The notes: generated by a model not told the origin, from the sequence alone. 32,000 bases of DNA from Candidatus Thorarchaeota archaeon (GCA_048882505.1 JBHLRO010000030.1:3540-35539); one strand, 5' to 3'. Positions 15,878 to 25,841 are shown, counted from the stretch's first letter. Made by a program: numbers and translations.

Positions 15878-16684
15878 ATGGACTGGAAAACATGGGAAAT
15901 TGAATACCAGTACATCGTTGAAGAGCTAGGGCTGGATCGCAAATCTGACTCCTATAGTGCCCAGCAACTTGAGGAAATCCTACTAAAGCATGCATCGAAT
16001 CGTAAAAAAACGATTTTGGATAAATTAATTGCAATACTTCAATATCCAATAATTATAGCTGGCGCAGGGCCTTCCTTGGAGAGAGATTTTGAACTGTTGA
16101 TGATTACAAAAGGATTACGCAGAGCTTGGGTTATTTCCGCGGATGGGGCCACATCCTTATTGAAGAAGAAGTCCTTAGTCCCTCAGGTTGTGCTAACAGA
16201 TCTTGACGGAGACCCTACTGCGATTGAATGGGCAATGAAGAATGGTTCAATCATTTTAATACACGCTCATGGGGACAACATCCATCTCGTAAAATCATTT
16301 TGTGAGGTTTATGGGCCCAAATTTTCTACCTATCTTGTGTGGGGTACAACACAAACATATCCGGAACATTTATGGAATTTTGGAGGTTTTACAGACGGGG
16401 ATAGGGCTATCTGTTTAGCCCTACATTTTCAATCTCCATTAATAGCTTTAATAGGATTTGATTTTGGGAAAAAAATTGGAAAATACAGTATTCATAATTC
16501 CCCTCTCCAAAAATCTCCTGTCCGTAAAATTAGGAAGTTTGAAATCGCGCTCCGTATTATTTCATCCTCGTATCCTGATCATAAGGGATTTAGATATAAT
16601 CTCACTGAAAAGGGGCAAGAAATCCCAGGTTTTACACGAATTATTGCTAACAGATTTTGGCAAGAGTGGGATCGTCTCGTCTGA
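15878..16684 (+). CDS. mptE: 6-hydroxymethyl-7,8-dihydropterin pyrophosphokinase MptE (DUF115)
   Basis: MDWKTWEIEYQYIVEELG, GAGPSL, ADGA, TDLDG, HAHGDN, NFGGFTDGDRA, GFDF. ATG 15878 is preferred over TTG 15860. Confidence 0.93.
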   Translation: MDWKTWEIEYQYIVEELGLDRKSDSYSAQQLEEILLKHASNRKKTILDKLIAILQYPIIIAGAGPSLERDFELLMITKGLRRAWVISADGATSLLKKKSLVPQVVLTDLDGDPTAIEWAMKNGSIILIHAHGDNIHLVKSFCEVYGPKFSTYLVWGTTQTYPEHLWNFGGFTDGDRAICLALHFQSPLIALIGFDFGKKIGKYSIHNSPLQKSPVRKIRKFEIALRIISSSYPDHKGFRYNLTEKGQEIPGFTRIIANRFWQEWDRLV

Positions 16685-17177
16685 AGGTGTAGCTTGCCAT
16701 ATAGTATTGCGTTTCCCAGATTGTGACTGTTATCGAATAGATCTGTTCCCATGAAGGATGGTTCTGCAAGGTCTCGGCGAGCTTTTCGCTTAAAAGCCGA
16801 GCCAGCGTTTCCGTGGTAACATTTACACAAGGGAGGAGTTTGACCTCTGCTCTTGGGATTGAATAAACTCGATCTGTATAGCTAATTTGGAGATTGAGAT
16901 CCAGTTCTGAAGTCAGAATCTCAATTCTTGGATTATGCGAAGGAAATAGCGTGTAATGATCCCAATCTGATAGTAATTGCTTTATAAGTTCCTCAAGAAA
17001 GATAAAATCTATCAGAATACCTTCGTCTGTTACGTTGCCCGTGATCTCAACTTCTACCCGATAGTTGTGCCCATGTAGCCCTTCAACATATTCGTCCAGT
17101 ACCAGAGCATGACTGGCGCAGAAATGACTTGCATTCCTATTTATTGTCACCGAAAAAGAATGATCACGAGAATTCAA
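16647..17177 (-). CDS. 6-pyruvoyl-tetrahydropterin synthase family, PTPS-III type (Glu in place of catalytic Cys)
   Basis: HFCASH, VEGLHGHNY (E-x2-HGH, no C-x3-HGH), NVTTETLA, IWETQ; T-fold size. Confidence 0.85.
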   Translation of the reverse strand: MNSRDHSFSVTINRNASHFCASHALVLDEYVEGLHGHNYRVEVEITGNVTDEGILIDFIFLEELIKQLLSDWDHYTLFPSHNPRIEILTSELDLNLQISYTDRVYSIPRAEVKLLPCVNVTTETLARLLSEKLAETLQNHPSWEQIYSITVTIWETQYYMASYTFRRDDPTLAKIC

Positions 17178-17218
17178 TTTGAAGCCACGGAATATATCTT
17201 CTATAGTCAGCAGTACTA

Positions 17219-18166
17219 CTAATTGGTCTCTTCACCGTACCAATCGCCGCCCTTCATATCCAGAAAGGCAGAAATCGCTGCAGTAGTACCTTCACCAACA
17301 GCCACAGAAATCTGTCCTTGTCCAGGAGTGATATCTCCACAAGCATAAACACGAGGGACACTCGTTCGCTGTTTATTGTCTACCTTTATGAGTCCATCTT
17401 GAGTTAACTCAACACCAATTTTCTTGGCTAATCCATTTGACGGGATAATCCCAATTGCCACGAAGACCGCTTTAACACGAATAGAGGACTCTTCGCCAGA
17501 TTTGACATTTTTTAGAGCGATGCTTTTCACTCCCCCCATATCTGAACCTTTGATTTGTGTTACCACGGAATCCCAGACCATATTTACCCTGCTATTGTTA
17601 AGAATCTGGTCTTGCAGTTTATCCTCAGCCCGTAATTGATCACGTCGGTGGATTAAGTAGACCTCTCTCACAACATTATCAAGATAAAGCGCTTCTGTAA
17701 CTGCTGAATTTCCGCCCCCAACAACAGCAACCTTTTTTTGTCTGTAAAGGGCCCCATCACAGGTTGCACAGTAGGAAACTCCTTTACCATCAAACTCCTG
17801 TTCACCTGGAACATCGAGATGTCTGTGATAGGTTCCCATAGCTAATATAACCACTTTGCATGTGAAAGTGCCCGAAGTCGTCACTACTTCGTGAGTTTTA
17901 TCCTGAGATATAACATCAGTAACTTCCACGAGTTCCTGGATTTCCGCCCCGAATTTTTCGGCTTGCTTCCGAAGGCGTTCTCCGAATTCCAACCCAGTAA
18001 CATATTCAAATCCAGGATAATTTTCAATAAAAGGAGTTTTCGCTGCGAGTCCTCCCACTGCCTCCTTTTCTAAGACTAGAACCTTCCATCCCATTCGGGA
18101 TCCATAAATCGCAGCTGCCATCCCTGCAGGTCCTGCACCAACGATAATCATATCGTAATCTGTCAT
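17219..18166 (-). CDS. trxB: Thioredoxin-disulfide reductase
   Basis: GAGPAG, GVSYCATCDG, GGGNSA, HRRDQLRA, VYACGD. ATG 18166 is preferred over TTG 18178. Confidence 0.97.
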   Translation of the reverse strand: MTDYDMIIVGAGPAGMAAAIYGSRMGWKVLVLEKEAVGGLAAKTPFIENYPGFEYVTGLEFGERLRKQAEKFGAEIQELVEVTDVISQDKTHEVVTTSGTFTCKVVILAMGTYHRHLDVPGEQEFDGKGVSYCATCDGALYRQKKVAVVGGGNSAVTEALYLDNVVREVYLIHRRDQLRAEDKLQDQILNNSRVNMVWDSVVTQIKGSDMGGVKSIALKNVKSGEESSIRVKAVFVAIGIIPSNGLAKKIGVELTQDGLIKVDNKQRTSVPRVYACGDITPGQGQISVAVGEGTTAAISAFLDMKGGDWYGEETN

Positions 18167-18466
18167 AGATTCAACCAAGCGGAATACGGCTCTATTAGAA
18201 CGCTTTCTACGATGAAAAGGGCTTAATAACTCTTAATTACTCTTCATTTAATCCGTTATTATATATATCATCGCATGATTTAATTAAGCATTTCTTATGT
18301 ATAGAGCAAGAACTAGTGACCGAGTTGAACTAGAGGAATTTGCCAGAGTAGTTCACCTAAAGGTTTTACGATCTGCCTAGGTGAAAAATCGTCATCAAAA
18401 TCAAAAGGCTTTTTCTTTTGGGATCAGATCTAAGTAAAGATACCTCTATGGTATGGTTGTTTAATA

Positions 18467-21109
18467 ATGAAAATAGTCAGGTCATCAACCTCAGAGATCT
18501 CATTTCTAGTTGAATCTATCGATATTCCGATGCAAGAACAGGATTTCATAATAATCACTGAACCTGAGAGAGATGGGGAAGCCCCCCAGAAATATTTGGC
18601 TCAAATTGAAAAGCTGATTCAAAACAAAGAAGGTAGTATCACAGGCAGCGCAGCAATTTTGGGGATTATAAATGCCACAGACCACAGCCTATCTGCATGT
18701 CGATTTCCTATCTCAACAGATTCTCGTTTGGATCCGCCACCTGTCGGGCTTATTTCGAAAATCCTTTCTTCACGGGACGATAGAGGAATATATCTGGGAG
18801 ATGTAATTACCTCTGCAAACCAAAAAGAACCTTTTCTGATCACACCTAATTTTATTGAAAGACATTTGTTATGTGTCGCAACTACGGGAGCAGGGAAGTC
18901 ATATAGCATAGGGGTTCTACTTGAGGAAATTCTACTGAAATTTCCAGAAGCGGCTGTCATCCTGTTCGATATTCATAATGAATATTGGGGTTTAGCTCTT
19001 CCCAATGATGGCATCGAAGTAGAGCATTTAGACCACCAAGACTACTCTCCACGGGGATTTCTAGCCAATATCTTAATCTTCGAAAAAGAATCCCTAGGTC
19101 TGGGAAGAAAGTTCGATCTACCTCGCCTCCGTCGCTTGGTGGATCTAACTGCACCACAAGAAAATTCACTCGCTACGCTCCTGGATTCGCCATTGGTCCT
19201 GGAGGACTTGATTGAGAAAATCAAGCAAAGTGAGGATATGCATAGTGCCACGCGAGAGAATTTAATTTCTAAAATTCGAAAACTTCGTACTCTAAGATTT
19301 TTTGATTCTGAATTACCATTGGATGCCCTAGTTCGATCCGGACAGGTGTCATTGGTACGTTTGGATCAATTTGTGGATGAACGGAACAGGGGTATTGTGG
19401 TTAATGAGATCCTTACCCAGCTGTTTGACCAGAAGATTCGTGGAGAACTTGACACCAAAGAAGTTATTATCGTTTGCGAAGAAGCACATCGTTTTTCCTC
19501 GGAAAATGATATTTTAGCTAGAATCTCACGTGAAGGCCGTAAGTTTGGAATCTATACCGTTCTTGTCTCCCAGCGACCAGGGGATCTTCCTGATGATATC
19601 ATCGCCAACATGAACACGCTCATAGCACTTCGTGTTCGTTCAGATAAGGATCTGACGAAAATCCGACTGATGGAGGGAATTCGGGCTGAAACGGTAGCGT
19701 TACTTCCACACTTGTCTCGCGGAGAAGCGTTAATTGTCGGGCTTCGACAAGGTACTTATCGCCCAATTAAGGTTTTAGTTCGCCCACGTATGAGTAAACA
19801 TATCGACCCTCAAATAGATCATTTGCCTGATTCAATTCCTCGATATTCACCTCACAGACAGATTGCCATTAGTCCTCCTGTTACATCAGTGCCCGAGGAG
19901 ATTAAACCACCGCCCAGCTATTCCCCACCACTTATCGATGCCATCCAAGCTTTTGATTCCAAAGATTTGAGTAATCTTTTAGCGTGCGAACACGTTTTCA
20001 TCCTACATAAGCGTACTGGACTTTGTCTCTTTGATCTTAGTGTGAGCATGCTAGAAATTGATTCGCAACTCGTCTCGGGATTTTTAACAGCTATTTCAGG
20101 GTTTTTTCAGGAACTAAAGACCCAGAGTTCTGTAAAAGAAAGGCTCATTGTCCGAACTTTTGCTGAAGATATCGGCGATCGTGCTTTCGAGATAGTACAA
20201 TGTGAGGGAGAATATACGGTAACTGCTGTCATCCTTGATCGCGCCCTCAAATATCTAAACAAGTTCAAACAACGAATAAGGGATTTTGTATATGTTTTTG
20301 AAAACACATTTCGGTCTCAGCTAAATTCAGCGAGTACCAGTGGTGTTATCATACACGAGGATTTTGCCATGGCCATAAAGCTTCTCGACTACTTCATGGG
20401 CTTTTCCTTGCTCATTCCCCTGCGATTAGATCCTTTTCCACCAGAAATGGAATTTTCTGATCTCTTAGGAATTATTGATTCTCAAATGGAAAGAGTAGCT
20501 AAATCTGAGGGTCTCTTTGCTGAGGAAATCGTCAATCAGTGTCTATTGGACTCTGAATATAATCTAAGGGAAATTATCCAAGCTGTCCTCCTTTTCTTAC
20601 AGAAAGGAATCTTGGTTCTGCAGGATAAAACACGAACATTACCTCCCTTTACAGAGACTTCTAGACCCGGAGATCTCATTGAATCCTCTCCAATCGAGGA
20701 TATCAAGGTAAAGGAGGAACCTCTTCTCGAAAAGATGTCCGTTATCCCTCCTAAACTCTCTGAGGAAAACGAAACACTCCACATCGAGTGGTTGCCTGCT
20801 GTTATTGAAAAAATCACGCCAACTGCTCTACCAAATGCCTTGGTACCTGATATTTTAGAAAGAGATCTCATTTTTGAATCGGATTTAAGGATAAAAACGC
20901 ATTCCACAAGAGTAGAAACCCTTTCAAAAACTGATCTCGATAAGTGGGCTCGAATTATGGACACGAATGGCTTTATTTTGACTCAACAGAATGGAAATCC
21001 TCTTAGCGGGATAAAACTGATATTTGAATCAGAAGCGACGAAACTTGTCTGTTCGCTCGCAAAACTGAAGGACGGCGATTATATACTCATTCTTGGAGAA
21101 ATACTATGA
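18467..21109 (+). CDS. HerA-like (DUF87) ATPase fused to a longin-like domain, a winged helix and a further C-terminal domain
   Basis: HAS-barrel-like N-terminus; RHLLCVATTGAGKS; FDIHNEY; VCEEAHRF; REGRKFG; VSQRP; Pro-rich linker. Then HVFILHKRTGLCLF...DSQLVSGFLTAISGFFQEL (Asgard longin-like) and EEIVNQC...IIQAVLLFLQKGILV (wHTH). Confidence 0.82.
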   Translation: MKIVRSSTSEISFLVESIDIPMQEQDFIIITEPERDGEAPQKYLAQIEKLIQNKEGSITGSAAILGIINATDHSLSACRFPISTDSRLDPPPVGLISKILSSRDDRGIYLGDVITSANQKEPFLITPNFIERHLLCVATTGAGKSYSIGVLLEEILLKFPEAAVILFDIHNEYWGLALPNDGIEVEHLDHQDYSPRGFLANILIFEKESLGLGRKFDLPRLRRLVDLTAPQENSLATLLDSPLVLEDLIEKIKQSEDMHSATRENLISKIRKLRTLRFFDSELPLDALVRSGQVSLVRLDQFVDERNRGIVVNEILTQLFDQKIRGELDTKEVIIVCEEAHRFSSENDILARISREGRKFGIYTVLVSQRPGDLPDDIIANMNTLIALRVRSDKDLTKIRLMEGIRAETVALLPHLSRGEALIVGLRQGTYRPIKVLVRPRMSKHIDPQIDHLPDSIPRYSPHRQIAISPPVTSVPEEIKPPPSYSPPLIDAIQAFDSKDLSNLLACEHVFILHKRTGLCLFDLSVSMLEIDSQLVSGFLTAISGFFQELKTQSSVKERLIVRTFAEDIGDRAFEIVQCEGEYTVTAVILDRALKYLNKFKQRIRDFVYVFENTFRSQLNSASTSGVIIHEDFAMAIKLLDYFMGFSLLIPLRLDPFPPEMEFSDLLGIIDSQMERVAKSEGLFAEEIVNQCLLDSEYNLREIIQAVLLFLQKGILVLQDKTRTLPPFTETSRPGDLIESSPIEDIKVKEEPLLEKMSVIPPKLSEENETLHIEWLPAVIEKITPTALPNALVPDILERDLIFESDLRIKTHSTRVETLSKTDLDKWARIMDTNGFILTQQNGNPLSGIKLIFESEATKLVCSLAKLKDGDYILILGEIL

Positions 21110-21175
21110 TATTTCAGGGAAAATTGCGCTTTAGCTTCGCCTCCTAGGAAACCAATCTGCCAGGTGTTTATGGGG

Positions 21176-23755
21176 TTACCCCATAAATTCCCGATCAACA
21201 ATCATTTGTTCGTCCTTGAAAATGTCCAGATTCCCAAGCCAGGTTGGAAGAACCTTCGCATAACGCTTTTCAAAATCGACAAGAAAATCATTCAGTTTTC
21301 TTCGAAGTTCGGTAGATGTAGAATCAGCAAAGATGGCTGCAAACACCCACTTGGCATACTCAATGGTCAAAACAACATCTCCATGATCGATGGTTCTGAG
21401 GAGTTGTTCACTCCTTACAGCTTCTTTGGCAAAAGAAGTTATGGCCGAAAAAAGACCAGCTACTAGGGCAGGTTCAACTATTGATTCTTTACCAAACGTA
21501 TGGGCAAGTACAGCGCGGCCATCAAGCATCATAACATGCAGAGAGTCGATTGTGACTTCTTCAAACGAATAAGCGAATTCCCTATGTAAAAGGGATAAAA
21601 CTTGCGTTAAAGGAACCTCCAAATCGAAAGTGAGCTCATCCAAAATATGGTGAATCTCTGTGTTGCTCAAACCAGTAGCATTAGAGAGTTCTCCAATGGG
21701 ACGATATTGAGTGGAGAGGGCTTGTCGTAAAACGGCGCCATCATCGATTTTCTCCCAACGCTCGTTTATTAGAGCCTTGACAGCGGGATCATCAACGGTA
21801 CCAGGGAGTCCAATAAGAATAATATCGGATTTTCGGGATATTTCACCTTCCGAAGGCAACCGTGTCATATCGGAAAAAACGGATTTATATTGGGTTTTTC
21901 CTTCTCCTTTTTGTGTTCTCGTATGGAATTGAATCCGGGCAAGGAAAAGTAAGGCGCCGAAGATAAGGATTATTGCCAAAGGATGTAGAAGATTGTAAGG
22001 AATGGAAAGGATGCCCAAAAAAGTACTACCTCCCGTTCCACGCCATATCACTGGAATTTGATGCAGCTCAGGCACCAAGAAGTAAACATCTGCAAACCTA
22101 CCTGTTTTCCACACACTCGTGAGCCATTTTAAGTTTATAACTTGACCAAAGCCGGCCAAAGTGGATTCTATTGTTATAAAAGGTGTAATCAATGGAACCC
22201 CAGCAAAACGGGGGAATCCCTGTGGAAGACCCAGGAATGTGGCCCATCCACCAGAATACCAACTGATGAGAGCCAAACTCACTGTTAAGATCGAAAGATA
22301 TGTGACAACAGCAGTTCCAATTATACTCCAATTCCATCTCCGGAAAAAAAGAAGCACAAGGGCCGCAATTAGGAATGTAGCATAATTTTGCGTTAACCAA
22401 AAGAAAGTGTCATATTGGACAGTATTAATATTGACAAAAATACTTTGTATAATCACTCGATATGCAAAAAACATGAATGCTAATAAGAAGCCAATTACAA
22501 CTCCGAATGAATAGGATTTTACCGTATTACGGACGGAAATACGTTTGAAGGAGGTTCGAACGTTTTTGATGGTTTCGATTAGCTTAATAAGAAGATAAAT
22601 CGAAAATGGTTCAAATATATCCAGGAATAGGATAAAAAAGATTGATACCATTAGGAAATATACGACAAAATAAGAAATTACAAATATCTGTTGCGAGAAA
22701 AGGATTAGGAAAAGAAACACTGCCAGGATTGACATGAACGCTCCGACTGTCGATAGACTTTGGACCATTGCTACATATAGCTGATTGCCCAAAAACTTCC
22801 CTTTTCGTGATAATCGACTGGCTTTAATCAGATATACGGAGAAAACAATCGCCGCAATATAGGCAAAGAAGATCTCCAGGAACCACCCCATAGAGGTCCC
22901 TTGTAGCAAGCTAGGATTTTCCTCCTCACCAAGAGCTAGAAGAATAGTATTAAGCAAGAATAGAGTAATCGGTAGGATAGCAATCAAGACTTTTAAGAGC
23001 TCTCGCTCATTATCCCAATCTTTCTCCTTCACGCGGATCGATATTTCTTGGAATGGAGAGTTTTCAGTTTCATATTGGATTTCTCTTATTCGTTCTCTTA
23101 CCCCACGGACTTGGAGGAATTGGTTCCGTAGATCTTCATTATCCTTTTCCAGTTCTTCTATCGCAGTAGTTAAGGCTTGAAGCTCATCCCCCGTTGCGTG
23201 CTTTTTCTGGGCCTGAAATTCTTTCAAGTTTTCTTGATTCCGTTTAATCAGTCTTTTCAAAGGTTTTCGATCATTTCGTTTATCCCCCCATGTCTGATAG
23301 AGAATTATTCCCATAGATAAGAATGGAGATATACCGAAAACAAAAGCAAGAATTACTACGGGATATGTTAGGAAGATAACGATACTGTTCACGAAATGTT
23401 GGAACAAATATTTGACCAATAGAGGAATTGGAATAAAAATCGCTCCAGTTTGGATGACGGCTTCAGAATCCCAGACTGTTGACCATTGGTTGCTGTTTGA
23501 GATAGGATAGTATTGCTGTTCCAAGTATGCGGACGGGTTAGGAACCAAGGCATTCAAGAAGCTAGGAAAAATAAAATATGCCAAATAAAAAACACAAAAA
23601 CCAATGAATCCCCTATTATAGATAGTTGCTCGTATATTATCCCTTTTTCTGCGGGTAAACAAGTATGGGATAGCTAGTACTATAAGGGGGGAGAGTGACA
23701 GGACAACCGAAACGGTCAAATTAAGGGGATCCGAAAGCGGGTCAAACAAGTCCAT
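21176..23755 (-). CDS. Polytopic membrane protein (more than 10 TM segments, cytoplasmic coiled coil) with C-terminal HTH and longin-like domain
   Basis: Many hydrophobic segments; coiled coil LKRLIKRNQENLKE...EELEKDNEDLRNQ; C-terminus LHVMMLDGRAVLAHTF...LVAGLFSAITSFAKEA...LRTIDHGDVVLTIEYAKWVFAAIFAD...LRRKLNDFLVDFEKRY is a typical Asgard longin-like fold. Confidence 0.8.
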   Translation of the reverse strand: MDLFDPLSDPLNLTVSVVLSLSPLIVLAIPYLFTRRKRDNIRATIYNRGFIGFCVFYLAYFIFPSFLNALVPNPSAYLEQQYYPISNSNQWSTVWDSEAVIQTGAIFIPIPLLVKYLFQHFVNSIVIFLTYPVVILAFVFGISPFLSMGIILYQTWGDKRNDRKPLKRLIKRNQENLKEFQAQKKHATGDELQALTTAIEELEKDNEDLRNQFLQVRGVRERIREIQYETENSPFQEISIRVKEKDWDNERELLKVLIAILPITLFLLNTILLALGEEENPSLLQGTSMGWFLEIFFAYIAAIVFSVYLIKASRLSRKGKFLGNQLYVAMVQSLSTVGAFMSILAVFLFLILFSQQIFVISYFVVYFLMVSIFFILFLDIFEPFSIYLLIKLIETIKNVRTSFKRISVRNTVKSYSFGVVIGFLLAFMFFAYRVIIQSIFVNINTVQYDTFFWLTQNYATFLIAALVLLFFRRWNWSIIGTAVVTYLSILTVSLALISWYSGGWATFLGLPQGFPRFAGVPLITPFITIESTLAGFGQVINLKWLTSVWKTGRFADVYFLVPELHQIPVIWRGTGGSTFLGILSIPYNLLHPLAIILIFGALLFLARIQFHTRTQKGEGKTQYKSVFSDMTRLPSEGEISRKSDIILIGLPGTVDDPAVKALINERWEKIDDGAVLRQALSTQYRPIGELSNATGLSNTEIHHILDELTFDLEVPLTQVLSLLHREFAYSFEEVTIDSLHVMMLDGRAVLAHTFGKESIVEPALVAGLFSAITSFAKEAVRSEQLLRTIDHGDVVLTIEYAKWVFAAIFADSTSTELRRKLNDFLVDFEKRYAKVLPTWLGNLDIFKDEQMIVDREFMG

Positions 23756-23779
23756 GAAAAGGCACCATTACAATTGAAT

Positions 23780-23796
23780 CTATCGATTATCGATAG
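23780..23796. promoter_or_regulatory. Perfect 17-bp palindrome CTATCGAT-T-ATCGATAG, candidate operator
   Basis: 8-bp arms with a 1-nt spacer, 25 bp upstream of the ATG of the membrane-longin gene. Confidence 0.45.
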
Positions 23797-24083
23797 CTAG
23801 GTTTACCTGTCTTTTTAGTTTTTTGAACCTTTTTCTATTAAACCGCAAAATCCACAATGACGGGCTCCAAAAAGTCTCATGAGTTCTCGTCACATATCTT
23901 GAAAATGAGCGCCATTAAGTCATGTGAACCCTTACATACGAATTTTTCAGAGGCTCTCGACTATATACAAGACTCTTGGGAATATGAAGAATGAATATTA
24001 CACCCTAAAAATCGAAATATCTTCTAGTTGATAAAACTAGAGAAAAGAAGGAATAATAAAAAAAAGGAGAGAAGAGGGGAGAT

Positions 24084-25841
24084 TTAACGTCTCTTTCTGT
24101 ACAATGCGACCAAGGGGGGAATTGCCAGGACTACTGAGAGCAGTTCAAATCCCGATATCGGACCCGTGGTTGTATCTCCCGGACCTGGTCCCGTAGTAGT
24201 TGTATCTCCTGCTGCGAGCGCAGCTACGGCAGAATAGGCAGGATCGTGTATGATTTCACCACCATACCACTCTGGGAACTCTGTAAAGGTGAAGTATAGC
24301 ACAAAGTTGAAGTAGACGCCTTCGTCACCAGGCGGTAAAAGACCCGGCTCCAGTTGGACAGCAAACCACTTTGTGAACTGATAGGCTAGCGCAAATTCCA
24401 ATTTAAAGTAGACTTTTGATACGTCAGGAATAGCCCAGGCCCAGTTGGTTGGATCGAAGAGGTGAATTTCTACATTTCGAGGCACCGCGGGATCAATATT
24501 CCACGGCGCGTTTTCAAGACCTTGTAGGAGATACGTATACTTGCCCGTGAATTCTGTGTAAAAGAATGTATTTCCACCTGAGTCCAAACTGATACGTCGT
24601 TGAGTAGGATTGTCTGTTTCATCTGTATGTTCTGGATTAGATAAACCAATAGATGTGGTAGCGGTGGCTACTGTTAATCCAAATCCATTCTGCATATTCA
24701 TCCGTCTCTTGGCATCATCGTTGAAATAGAAGGCCATGTTTGGAAAGAACACCGTTTTACTAGCTGGAATATTTTTACCCAAAACATCCACACTGACTAA
24801 CGATGAAGGCATTTGGAATGTGTAGTTTGGTTGGTCAGTAAATGGAGAATAATCCCAGGTTTCTGACATGTTAACCGTTTCTCCGGCGATAACCAAGAAA
24901 TTTGTTTCCCCGATGTTATAATGTGTAGTGGTGGTTCCTAGCACATGAGCGTTAGCGCCGCTGTTTATTTGCGTTGTAAATTCATATTCAAAGCTTAAAT
25001 AGTCCAAAACACTGGCAGCTACAATATTTTTTCCAAAAACAATTCCTCCTGGGTTATCAGCAACGAGATTTGCGTCTCCTAGGATGTCAATTCCGCCCAG
25101 TTCAACACTAATTGGTTGCCATAGTACGAACAGATTGGTGTAGTTTATTCCAAACCTGTATCCGTTTTCTACTGTCTCGAAGAAGGGAAAATAGTCGAAA
25201 TGATTGATTCGATAGGAATGTCCGTTGTCTGCGAATACATCATTGAAGCCATCGATCCCTTCTTGCAGGCCAAAAGTATAGCCCATGTAAATTTCATCCC
25301 CAGCGTCCATTGTGGTGTCAGTCGAATTGGAGCTGTATGCTATGAGCGACATGAAGTTATTAGTCACGAAAACTTCTTCATTATCCCAAGGTACTGTCCA
25401 ATGCTGGACTAATTGCTGGAATGGAGCAGTCGCATTAATATGGAAGATTGGGGTGCGCAAGGCGTCTTGGTACTGAGGGAACAAGGGAGAGTCCAAAACT
25501 GTCTTGATATCATCATGGAATAGATCTAGCAACGTCAGGTTGTGTTCGTACTTCTCCAAGGCGGAAAAACCCGTTTCGATACCAGAATTATTCATATATG
25601 CGAAGAAGAACTGTTTGTCTTCTGTTTCATCAGAATCTCCCGTTGCAGCACTTGCGTTATAGAGATCGCGAATTAAATCAGGATTGGCTGGATCCACGAC
25701 TGCTACGTCTACTTCTACGGCAAAGTAGTCTTCACTGAATGAGTGGCCCACAAAGGAAGATGCAGCACTGACGGGGGTGGAGATCATTACAAGGGCTAGC
25801 AGAAAGATCACTGAAAAGCCCATAAGAAGCTTCTTTTTCAT
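24084..25841 (-). CDS. Secreted cell-surface (glyco)protein with PGF-CTERM-like sorting signal
   Basis: Signal peptide MKKKLLMGFSVIFLLALVMISTPVSA; many N-x-S/T sequons; Thr/Gly/Pro linker GDTTTTGPGPGDTTTGP; terminus ISGFELLSVVLAIPPLVALYRKRR. GGTGA RBS favours ATG 25841. Confidence 0.85.
   Translation of the reverse strand: MKKKLLMGFSVIFLLALVMISTPVSAASSFVGHSFSEDYFAVEVDVAVVDPANPDLIRDLYNASAATGDSDETEDKQFFFAYMNNSGIETGFSALEKYEHNLTLLDLFHDDIKTVLDSPLFPQYQDALRTPIFHINATAPFQQLVQHWTVPWDNEEVFVTNNFMSLIAYSSNSTDTTMDAGDEIYMGYTFGLQEGIDGFNDVFADNGHSYRINHFDYFPFFETVENGYRFGINYTNLFVLWQPISVELGGIDILGDANLVADNPGGIVFGKNIVAASVLDYLSFEYEFTTQINSGANAHVLGTTTTHYNIGETNFLVIAGETVNMSETWDYSPFTDQPNYTFQMPSSLVSVDVLGKNIPASKTVFFPNMAFYFNDDAKRRMNMQNGFGLTVATATTSIGLSNPEHTDETDNPTQRRISLDSGGNTFFYTEFTGKYTYLLQGLENAPWNIDPAVPRNVEIHLFDPTNWAWAIPDVSKVYFKLEFALAYQFTKWFAVQLEPGLLPPGDEGVYFNFVLYFTFTEFPEWYGGEIIHDPAYSAVAALAAGDTTTTGPGPGDTTTGPISGFELLSVVLAIPPLVALYRKRR

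Noticed and set aside
15706-15942. 78-aa minus-strand ORF downstream of the 5S locus
   Set aside because: No motif, overlaps the mptE start, and has low-complexity intergenic composition.
18222-18270. 10-bp tandem repeat CTTAATAACT/CTTAATTACT and a TATATATA run between trxB and the HerA fusion
   Set aside because: Only two imperfect AT-rich copies, consistent with an ordinary divergent promoter; too weak to call an operator or origin.
18619-22400. Short ORFs overlapping the HerA-longin and membrane-longin genes
   Set aside because: They are antisense or alternate-frame shadows with no RBS or domain evidence.
24160-24215. Short direct repeat (GTTGTATCTCC twice)
   Set aside because: It encodes the GDTTT(T)GP linker of the surface protein; not a DNA-level repeat system.
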